A stretch of DNA of 32,000 bases, from assembly GCA_013141415.1 (NCBI GenBank), contig JABFQY010000003.1, forward strand, positions 239,729 to 271,728, written 5' to 3'. A program made the position numbers and the translations under genes. The notes below the pieces were generated by a model. That model did no database searches. It was not told the DNA's origin and saw nothing but the letters and a program-made list of their open reading frames with translations. This document shows positions 24,595 to 31,398 of this stretch, piece by piece. The first letter of the stretch is position 1; each line of letters begins with the position of its first letter. This DNA comes from Kiritimatiellaceae bacterium (GTDB lineage Bacteria > Verrucomicrobiota > Kiritimatiellia > Kiritimatiellales > Tichowtungiaceae).

Positions 24595-25764
24595 ATGACC
24601 GACCGTAAAAAAATTGTCTGCTACGACGACAACCCCGATTACGGCGGACATCAGATTATGGCCTGTCTCGCTGTTGAAGGGCTCGCTAAATCCGCTGCAT
24701 GGCAACCGACATTCTTTTGCAGCCCGACGAACATTCGGCTCAACAAGCGACTCAAGGAAATCCAGACCGGTACCGGCAACCTTGAAATCTGCGAAACACC
24801 GTTCACCACCCGAAAGCTGCAGGGATTACGCAATCGTTTCGCCGTAAAAACGATTGGCGCCCTGCGCGAACGGCTCGAAGCCAAAAATCCAGATGTGCTT
24901 CTCTGTGTACAGGGAGAAATCGAAGACGGATCCCTTGCCTTATGCGCCGCAGAAAAAATGGCCGCGCCGTGTATCAGCTATATTCCTGTTCCGCACCGCA
25001 TGGCACTCATGGGTGCAAAACTCGGCGCAGTGCGCGACATGCTGAATGCGTACCTTTTCAAAAAACCGGATGGATGGATCACCATCAGCGGCTCGATGAA
25101 AGCACTGCTTGAAGAACGCGGCGCAACTGCACCGATCGAAGTGGTTCATAACGGCATTAATATGAAACGCTTCACGCCGCGTGACAAAACCGCCGCACGT
25201 GCGGCGCTTGGACTTCCGCTGGAAAAAACCATCCTTGGCACAATCGGTCGCATTGAATTCAACCAGAAACAGCAGACCTTCCTTGTCCGCACATTTTTCG
25301 ATCATTTCCAAAACAGTCCGTCGATGCATTTAGTCATCATTGGCGACGGCCCCGACCGCGGACGGCTCGAAGCGCTGATCGGCGAACTGGGTCTGCATAA
25401 ACAAGTCACCCTGCTCCCGTGGCAATCCGACAGTTCCATTGTTTACAGTGCGCTTGATCTTTTGATTATTCCGTCGCGTTTCGAAGGCGTCCCGCTTGTC
25501 ATGCTCGAAGCGCTCGCCTGCGGTACGCCGGTTATCGGCAGTGCCCGCGACGGCATGAAAGATTTGCTTCCCGCCAGCTGGACCTTTGAACACGGGAACA
25601 GTACTGCGCTGGCCGATGTCATCAAATACGTTGTAAAAGACTGGAAAGAGGAACTGCCCGCTCTGCAAACCAGAGTGCGCAATGAATACACCGTCGAAAA
25701 ATTTCAGCAGAATTTTGAAGCGGCGCTCAACCATTTCCTTATAATGGGCCGCCGATGTACCTAG
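24595..25764 (+). CDS. GT-B glycosyltransferase, family 4-like.
   Basis: The C-terminal E-x7-E region is PSRFEGVPLVMLEALACGTPVIGS. Length is about 390 aa. Confidence 0.85.
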   Translation: MTDRKKIVCYDDNPDYGGHQIMACLAVEGLAKSAAWQPTFFCSPTNIRLNKRLKEIQTGTGNLEICETPFTTRKLQGLRNRFAVKTIGALRERLEAKNPDVLLCVQGEIEDGSLALCAAEKMAAPCISYIPVPHRMALMGAKLGAVRDMLNAYLFKKPDGWITISGSMKALLEERGATAPIEVVHNGINMKRFTPRDKTAARAALGLPLEKTILGTIGRIEFNQKQQTFLVRTFFDHFQNSPSMHLVIIGDGPDRGRLEALIGELGLHKQVTLLPWQSDSSIVYSALDLLIIPSRFEGVPLVMLEALACGTPVIGSARDGMKDLLPASWTFEHGNSTALADVIKYVVKDWKEELPALQTRVRNEYTVEKFQQNFEAALNHFLIMGRRCT

Positions 25765-26588
25765 ACTTTTTCCAGCTTAAAGAATTTCCGTTCAACGTGA
25801 CGCCTGATCCGCGGTTCCTTTTCTTTTCTGAACGCCACCGCGAAGCCTTCGACTCCCTGCTCTACGGTGTTGAGCACCGCAAAGGGTTTATTGTCCTCAC
25901 CGGCGAAGTCGGCTGCGGAAAAACCACCATCTGCCGCTCGGTACTGAATAACCTGCCCGGCACCACTCACTCGGCGTTCATTCTCAACCCTTCAATTACG
26001 GCCGCCCAGCTTGTCCGATCCATCCTTCTCGACCTGAATATTGAGCCGAAAGGCGGCGACAAACTGGTACACATCACCCAGCTAAACCGCTTCCTGCTCC
26101 AATGCCTGGAAAAAGGCGAAAATGTCGCCGTCATTATCGATGAGTCCCAGAATCTCGACCCGCAACTGATGGAGCAGGTGCGAATGCTCTCCAATCTGGA
26201 AACGGATCAGCACAAACTCATGCAGATTATCCTTTCCGGCCAGCCGGAACTCAAAGAGCGGATGCGTCAGCCCGGCCTGCGCCAGCTCCGTCAGCGCGTT
26301 ATGGTGCACTGCGACCTCGAACCGCTCAGCGTGGTTGAAACCGCTCTCTATATCCAGCATCGCCTGAAAGTTGCCGGAGCGGCTGACCCCGGCGGCATAT
26401 TCCACGGTGCTTCGATTGAGCAGATTCACGGTCGAGCAGGCGGGATTCCTCGCCAGATCAACACCATCTGCGACCGTTCACTTCTTTCGGCCTACGTCCG
26501 CAAAGATCATCAGGTCACGACTCAGGATATCGCAACGGCTCTGACAGAGCTTGCATCATTAATTGGATTTCAGGGAGATTCACAATGA
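25755..26588 (+). CDS. ExeA/GspA-like AAA ATPase (short form, resembling the PEP-CTERM-locus ATPase family).
   Basis: MYLDFFQLKEFPFNVTPDPRFLFFSERHREAF...LTGEVGCGKTT (Walker A) and VAVIIDESQNL (Walker B). There is no TM or peptidoglycan-binding C-terminal domain. The gene overlaps the GT4 stop by 10 nt. Confidence 0.8.
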   Translation: MYLDFFQLKEFPFNVTPDPRFLFFSERHREAFDSLLYGVEHRKGFIVLTGEVGCGKTTICRSVLNNLPGTTHSAFILNPSITAAQLVRSILLDLNIEPKGGDKLVHITQLNRFLLQCLEKGENVAVIIDESQNLDPQLMEQVRMLSNLETDQHKLMQIILSGQPELKERMRQPGLRQLRQRVMVHCDLEPLSVVETALYIQHRLKVAGAADPGGIFHGASIEQIHGRAGGIPRQINTICDRSLLSAYVRKDHQVTTQDIATALTELASLIGFQGDSQ

Positions 26589-27154
26589 GTTTGATTCAAG
26601 ATGCACTGAGACGGAAATTGGAAGAAACTCCGGTTCCTGATATTCATTCGCCAGTCACCCCCCCGTCCGGTGAAAAAGGCCCGAAAATGCCGCAGGTCTT
26701 TCTCCTGCTGATTTTACTCGCCGTATTCCTTGCCGCACCAATCGGTTACAGCCTCTATCTGATAAAACAAAAGCCGCTGAATCTGCCGCTGATTGGAAAA
26801 AAAACGCACCCTGTTGCTGCCCCTGCTGTTTCTGAACCGGTTGTCGCACCGGCGCCGGTAATTGAAGCTTCTGCTCCGGTTACACCGCCGGTTCAAGCCG
26901 TTGAGACGGTAAAGGTTGAAATAGTTGTCGAACCGGTAAAAAAAGAAGAGCCGGTTCCGGAAATCAAACCGGCGTGGCCCGGATTGAAACTGACCGGTAT
27001 CGCCTCCAGCGGCAGCCAGCGTATCGCGATCATCAATGGAAAAATGCTCACCGTCGGCAGAACGGTCAGCGAAGTGACCGTTCGTGAAGTGCACGAAACC
27101 GATGTCGTCGTGGAATTTTCCGGCGAGCGTCGCGTCCTGCATGTGGACGAATAG
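26585..27154 (+). CDS. GspB/ExeB-like single-pass membrane protein with a Pro/Val-rich linker.
   Basis: The N-terminus MSLIQDALRRKLEE matches the MSxILDALxK motif. It has one TM helix and a PVxxP-rich spacer. The C-terminal LKLTGIASSGSQRIAIINGKMLTVGRTV...VVVEF resembles the GspB C-domain. ATGA overlap with the ATPase gene. Confidence 0.65.
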   Translation: MSLIQDALRRKLEETPVPDIHSPVTPPSGEKGPKMPQVFLLLILLAVFLAAPIGYSLYLIKQKPLNLPLIGKKTHPVAAPAVSEPVVAPAPVIEASAPVTPPVQAVETVKVEIVVEPVKKEEPVPEIKPAWPGLKLTGIASSGSQRIAIINGKMLTVGRTVSEVTVREVHETDVVVEFSGERRVLHVDE

Positions 27155-27159
27155 CAATT

Positions 27160-28677
27160 TCAGCGCCGGCGATAGACATCCACCTGCGTATAAACCGGCC
27201 CCCACGGGTGCTGTCGAACCGGAAGAATCCGTTCCAGCACAAGCGCCTCATTAAGACGGCTGTAAAGCGGTGCCAGACCCTCATACGGGCTGTGGAAAAC
27301 ATAAACCCGACCCGACACATGTTTCAGTTTTTGCACCAGCACGGAAGCTTCCTGCGCCAGATCCTGCTGATCATCCAGCAGTTTTTTCGGGTCGATACAG
27401 GAAGGCCGCGTCATCTGAATTTCCGGAAAAACATAGCGCGGGCCGGTTTGGATTTTCATCTGACCGAAATAGTATTCCGCGGTGAAATGACTGATGCCGG
27501 TCTCAACCACCGCATCAGCAGAAGAGATTTCTGTTCCTAGGCGGGCAATCACGTCGCGCTGTTCCGTCAGCTTCCCGGACATCCGCCAGCCGGTGTAACG
27601 CGCCGCACCGGCTAAATTCACCGCGATCAGCAATGCCAGCACCGCCGCCGGGAAACGAAGTTTTGAAACGGCATAACCAGTCAGCGCACAGACCAGCGGC
27701 AGTCCGATTAAATCCATCTTATCAAGCCAGAAAACCGGACGGAACAGCGAGATCAGCACGATCAGTCCGATTGACAGAAAATGCGCCACAAACAGTTCGC
27801 GCGCGTGCCGGTCGTCGGTTGAATTGTTTTTACGCCGCAGGAGCTGAAAGATAACGAACAGCCATAGGATCAGCGCAACGCCCATGCGTAGCAGCTTCAT
27901 CCCGTCAATCGCCAGCATCTGGCTGGAAATACTGAGCAGATAGGCGCCGATGGCACCATGGTACCGCTCCAGCTCCGGAACCGTTTCCGGTGTCGAACCA
28001 CTGAGGTATCCCGCCGCCTGCAATGCCAGCGACGGCAGCCAAAGCACCGCGCCGGCCAGCAAAAAGAGCGAGACCATAAATCCGGCGCGCAGACGGCGGC
28101 GGTAGAATATCGCCAGCACAAAAAACTGCGAGAGCGGCACAAACAGATAAAACGTGTGCGTGTAAAAACCGGCTACCGAAAAAAGCACAAACAGCATTCC
28201 GTCGCGCATTGTTCCGCGCCGCATCGCCCGGTAGAAAAAAAGCCAGGCCAGCACCGTGCACAGCACCATCAGCGAATAGTAACGCAGATTGGTCGCCTGA
28301 TGCAGACACGGCAGGCAGAACGCCGCGCAGGCCGTTCCGGCAATCCGGATACGCGAATCGGAAAAGAGTTCGCGCAAAAGAAACGGGATCACTGCCAGCA
28401 CTGCGCAGTCCAGCAGTACCGTCAGCGCAGTCAGCACATATTCGCCATCGCCGAACAGCCGCATCCAGCCGTGCAGCAGAAAATAAAAAAGCGGACTGCC
28501 GTTATCTGAACTGAGCGTCTGGACAATCTGCAACAGCGACCCCTTGGCCAGTTTGATGGAAAAGGCCTCGTCCAGCCAAACACAGGAAAACGGAAGCTGC
28601 ACAAAGCGAAACGCAACTCCCGTCAGTACCAGCAGAGGAATCAGCCACCGTTCTGCTTTTTTCCAGTCCTTAAGCAT
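27160..28677 (-). CDS. GT-C fold membrane glycosyltransferase (GT39/GT83, ArnT/PMT-like).
   Basis: About 12 TM helices. The first loop LDEAFSIKLAKGS...SDNGSPLFYFLLHGW contains the DE motif, and there is a soluble C-terminal domain. ATG 28677 overlaps the stop of the upstream small gene (ATGCTTAA). Confidence 0.55.
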   Translation of the reverse strand: MLKDWKKAERWLIPLLVLTGVAFRFVQLPFSCVWLDEAFSIKLAKGSLLQIVQTLSSDNGSPLFYFLLHGWMRLFGDGEYVLTALTVLLDCAVLAVIPFLLRELFSDSRIRIAGTACAAFCLPCLHQATNLRYYSLMVLCTVLAWLFFYRAMRRGTMRDGMLFVLFSVAGFYTHTFYLFVPLSQFFVLAIFYRRRLRAGFMVSLFLLAGAVLWLPSLALQAAGYLSGSTPETVPELERYHGAIGAYLLSISSQMLAIDGMKLLRMGVALILWLFVIFQLLRRKNNSTDDRHARELFVAHFLSIGLIVLISLFRPVFWLDKMDLIGLPLVCALTGYAVSKLRFPAAVLALLIAVNLAGAARYTGWRMSGKLTEQRDVIARLGTEISSADAVVETGISHFTAEYYFGQMKIQTGPRYVFPEIQMTRPSCIDPKKLLDDQQDLAQEASVLVQKLKHVSGRVYVFHSPYEGLAPLYSRLNEALVLERILPVRQHPWGPVYTQVDVYRRR

Positions 28678-28930
28678 GATCGAAAACCATCGACTGAACT
28701 TCGACCCCGTCGATGGCCGTGAGCTTCTTTTTGAAAGCGGCAACCTTGGCGTCATCATCCACCATGTCGAGCAGGATCAGTCCGTTAGGAGAACAGGCAC
28801 CCTTACCGGCTTCGTGCAGGCCGAGCCGCGTACGGATCTGACAGCCGAACTCCGTAAATACCTTCTGGATTTCACCTGCGTGCTTCACCCGCTCCGTAAT
28901 ATGAACTCCGACAACAATATGCTTATCCAT
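28670..28930 (-). CDS. Small ACT/ferredoxin-like-fold protein resembling the TM1266 family (putative iron-only hydrogenase system regulator).
   Basis: This 86-aa protein reads MDKHIVVGVHITERVKHAGEIQKVFTEFGCQIRTRLGLHE...LILLDMVDDDAKVAAFKKKLTAIDGVEVQSMVF. Its length and beta-alpha-beta-beta-alpha-beta pattern match my memory of TM1266-type proteins. An [FeFe]-hydrogenase gene lies 2.5 kb away on the same strand. Strong GAGGAGG Shine-Dalgarno. Confidence 0.5.
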   Translation of the reverse strand: MDKHIVVGVHITERVKHAGEIQKVFTEFGCQIRTRLGLHEAGKGACSPNGLILLDMVDDDAKVAAFKKKLTAIDGVEVQSMVFDHA

Positions 28931-29064
28931 AATATCCTCCTCGATTGCAGGGAGTTTTAGCGGATTCTCTCAAGGGTTGGAAGCCGGACGATTACTTTTC
29001 CAATCGTTTAAAAATTCTCGCGCAAAGCCGCCAAGGCGCTAAGAAGTTTCAATGGTTTGGAAAA

Positions 29065-29424
29065 TCACCGAAGCAGACGCTGAATCTGAACCAACAAACC
29101 GGGCGCGTCTTTCCCCTGAGCAAATCCGGACAAGGCCTCTTTCGCCGCGATGATCTCTGCGTTCAGGATCTCTTTTTTATCCGCCAAAAATTCATCCAGC
29201 TCTGCCGACGAAAACGAATAGCCGAACAGCCGCAACTCCTCGCGTAACTTTGACAAAAACTCCGCAAGGGAAAGTTCCTCGGCGTACCCCGTGATGATTT
29301 GGAACAGGATGTATTCGGCGACCCGCTCATCGCCGTTCAAATGATTTTTAAAACCGGTGTAGTCAAACCGCCGTTTGGCACTCTCCGTAATGGTGCTCCA
29401 CACAATATCCTCAGCTTGCCTCAT
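29065..29424 (-). CDS. Hypothetical 119-aa all-helical cytoplasmic protein.
   Basis: ORF with native GC (55-63% in sampled lines) and a GGGGATGA Shine-Dalgarno-like sequence. I recognise no motif. Confidence 0.5.
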   Translation of the reverse strand: MRQAEDIVWSTITESAKRRFDYTGFKNHLNGDERVAEYILFQIITGYAEELSLAEFLSKLREELRLFGYSFSSAELDEFLADKKEILNAEIIAAKEALSGFAQGKDAPGLLVQIQRLLR

Positions 29425-29509
29425 CGTCAGATCATCCCCTGTTCAGCGATACACCGAATCGCCCCGCCAAAAATTACGAGGTTAGGAGTGACCCCGGTTT
29501 CGGTTATTT

Positions 29510-30004
29510 CTATTCCTTATTTAAAATGGCTTCGACCCGGCTCCGAATGTAGTTCGTCTGCTTTCGATAGGAGTAAATAAACAGCACCAGCAGGCCAACC
29601 AGTCCAAGCAGATATTTGTGAGTGGTAAACCAGTTCCATTTTGTCTCTATGGAGTTAAGTACCATGCTAAAAAGCAGCAGTACAAACATCGCAACTAAAG
29701 TCCGGTAGGTGTTGTTCACCTCAGACAGTACTTCGATTTTTTGGTCGGCGGCAGCGGCTTTGACAAAAGCCTTGTATGGCGCGAATCGGAGAAATTTGAT
29801 CCATTTAAAAACCGGCTCAACAAAAAGCGAACCAACACGACTGATCAACATTCCAACGAAATAGTAAAAAAATGCACCCACAAGGATGTTTTCTTGAATC
29901 ATGTTGTACCCCGTTACTTTGCGGAGCAACACCACGAACACTATTCCCGGAAGCAAATAGTTGAACAAATTGTACGATGACAACTTGCTGATCAACTCAC
30001 TCAT
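29510..30004 (-). CDS. Small 4-TM membrane protein (164 aa); partner of the MBL hydrolase gene.
   Basis: ATG 30004 is preceded by TAAGGAGGCGGTT, and this Shine-Dalgarno overlaps the stop of the upstream gene. Hydrophobic helices: NLFNYLLPGIVFVVLL, ILVGAFFYYFVGMLISRVGSLFV, TLVAMFVLLLFSMVLNSI and YLLGLVGLLVLFIYSY, with a basic amphipathic linker between helices 2 and 3. Low GC. Confidence 0.7.
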   Translation of the reverse strand: MSELISKLSSYNLFNYLLPGIVFVVLLRKVTGYNMIQENILVGAFFYYFVGMLISRVGSLFVEPVFKWIKFLRFAPYKAFVKAAAADQKIEVLSEVNNTYRTLVAMFVLLLFSMVLNSIETKWNWFTTHKYLLGLVGLLVLFIYSYRKQTNYIRSRVEAILNKE

Positions 30005-30014
30005 AACCGCCTCC

Positions 30015-31067
30015 TTATTCTTCAACCATCTCAGAGAAGCTCATCTCTTGCGCTGTAGAGTAGCCTGCTCTTTCTGGCGCCTTATACGGCTGGCGTAGGC
30101 TTTGTCCCTTGGTCGAATAGACTTTCATGTTTCGCCGGATACAAGCATTTACCACTTTCTTCGCAGGGTGCTTTTCTGATTCTTTTGCCGCAGATATAAA
30201 AGCTACACTGGCTTTGATTCTATTCAATATAGATGGGGATATGTTTCTCTTACTCCCATGATGGGGCACTTGGAATAAGCTTATTTTCTCAAGACTGATG
30301 CTCTTTTGATCTGCGTGATAGATCGCATTTTTCATGGCGGGAATCCCGGCATCGCCTGTTAGCAGAATGCGCTCCCCGTCAAACTCTAATAGCGTAACAA
30401 CACTTGAATTATTTTCAGCAGACGTCTCTCCGGATTCATCCAACGTTTCAATATGCAACGCTTCCTTCACCCAATTAACGGCTTCTCTAAGCCCCGCTGA
30501 AAAGGTTTCTGTGGCCGATTTTGCTTCGGGACTTTTTGCAAAACTAGGAATCAGTGAAACATAGGTGCCTTCGCTTGGCCCAAGTATCGTTATTTTAGCT
30601 CCGCCGCCGGTGACGACTTTTCCGGCGAAAGGTTCTTCTATAGGAATATTTTTTTCTTCAGCGATTTCTTGTAGCTCATGAGCAAAGTTGTAAGCCTGTC
30701 TAAGTCGCTCCTCTAAACTGTCATTTGTTATTCTACCGTCTTTAAACATGTGTAGAATTTCATCCGAACGATCCCAAGGCTGATGCATCCACAACCCACC
30801 AACGCCAAGTTCGTTTAATACAACACGCAATCCTGACGAGTGATCACCATCGGGATGAGTGCAGATGACTAAGTTCACAAAGGTTGTTTTGTATGTTTCC
30901 TTAATCAGCTTTACCAGCGCATCGCCAGACTCTGTAGTTCCGCCGTCTATCACTGCAACATATTGTTTGCTGGCATCTGAAAAATCGCCCCATCGGACAG
31001 CAATGGCATCTCCGCTTTTTTCTCCATTCCCAACCGCTAAGAAATCTACTTCAAGACTATTGCTCAT
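30015..31067 (-). CDS. Standalone ComEC-type (COG2333-like) metallo-beta-lactamase-fold hydrolase; putative nuclease.
   Basis: FLAVGNGEKSGDAI...VAVIDGG...LVICTHPDGDHSSGL (H-x-D-x-DH metal motif), ENNSSVVTLLEFDGERILLTGDAG, FQVPHHGSKRN and AFISAAKESEKHPAKKVVNACIRRNMKVYST. The order and spacing of blocks match the C-terminal MBL domain of ComEC/Rec2. Strong GAAGGAGG Shine-Dalgarno. Low GC. Confidence 0.75.
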   Translation of the reverse strand: MSNSLEVDFLAVGNGEKSGDAIAVRWGDFSDASKQYVAVIDGGTTESGDALVKLIKETYKTTFVNLVICTHPDGDHSSGLRVVLNELGVGGLWMHQPWDRSDEILHMFKDGRITNDSLEERLRQAYNFAHELQEIAEEKNIPIEEPFAGKVVTGGGAKITILGPSEGTYVSLIPSFAKSPEAKSATETFSAGLREAVNWVKEALHIETLDESGETSAENNSSVVTLLEFDGERILLTGDAGIPAMKNAIYHADQKSISLEKISLFQVPHHGSKRNISPSILNRIKASVAFISAAKESEKHPAKKVVNACIRRNMKVYSTKGQSLRQPYKAPERAGYSTAQEMSFSEMVEE

Positions 31068-31346
31068 TTCAGACCTCCTTCACTGATCACATGGTAATTT
31101 TCATCACATCAACCTTCCCTATCATGGCTGTGGTGCCGAAGGCGTTGCGGCGCTTCCAACTCAACACGGCGGCGCGAAAAACTTGATGACTTTTACCGGA
31201 TTGTTCAAAGGGCAGGAAGCGTTAAAGACAGGGATCAGCGGTCAGATGTCGGAGGTCCGCATTCCAAATCTTGTAAAAAATCCGACCAACTCTTCCAAAG
31301 CTTGGAAACTTCCGTGCTTTCTGTGTATTCCGTGGTTAAAAATCCC

Positions 31347-31377
31347 AATAAAAAACCCCCACCATTTCCGGCAGGGG
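31347..31377 (-). terminator. Rho-independent terminator of the [FeFe]-hydrogenase gene.
   Basis: Minus-strand RNA: CCCCUGCC GGAAAU GGUGGGGG (8-bp stem including two G-U pairs), followed directly by UUUUUUAUU. It lies 22 nt after the TAG at 31399-31401. On the plus strand the same stem has A-C mismatches, so the structure is strand-specific. Confidence 0.7.
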
Positions 31378-31398
31378 CTCTTTTTGGGCGGCGAATCT

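Noticed and set aside
17998-29046. An 11-mer CTTCTTAGCGC shared between the 18.0-kb palindromic element (17998-18008, + strand) and the spacer at 29036-29046 (- strand), which could hint at a repeat family.
   Set aside because: In a 32-kb window read on both strands, hundreds of 11-mer coincidences are expected by chance, and the match does not extend.
29469-31101. An 8-bp inverted repeat (AAAATTAC at 29470-29477 and GTAATTTT at 31094-31101) as terminal repeats of the low-GC cassette.
   Set aside because: An 8-mer match between two ~100-bp flanks is expected by chance at roughly the 10% level. There are no adjacent direct repeats and no transposase, so it is not sufficient to call a mobile-element boundary.
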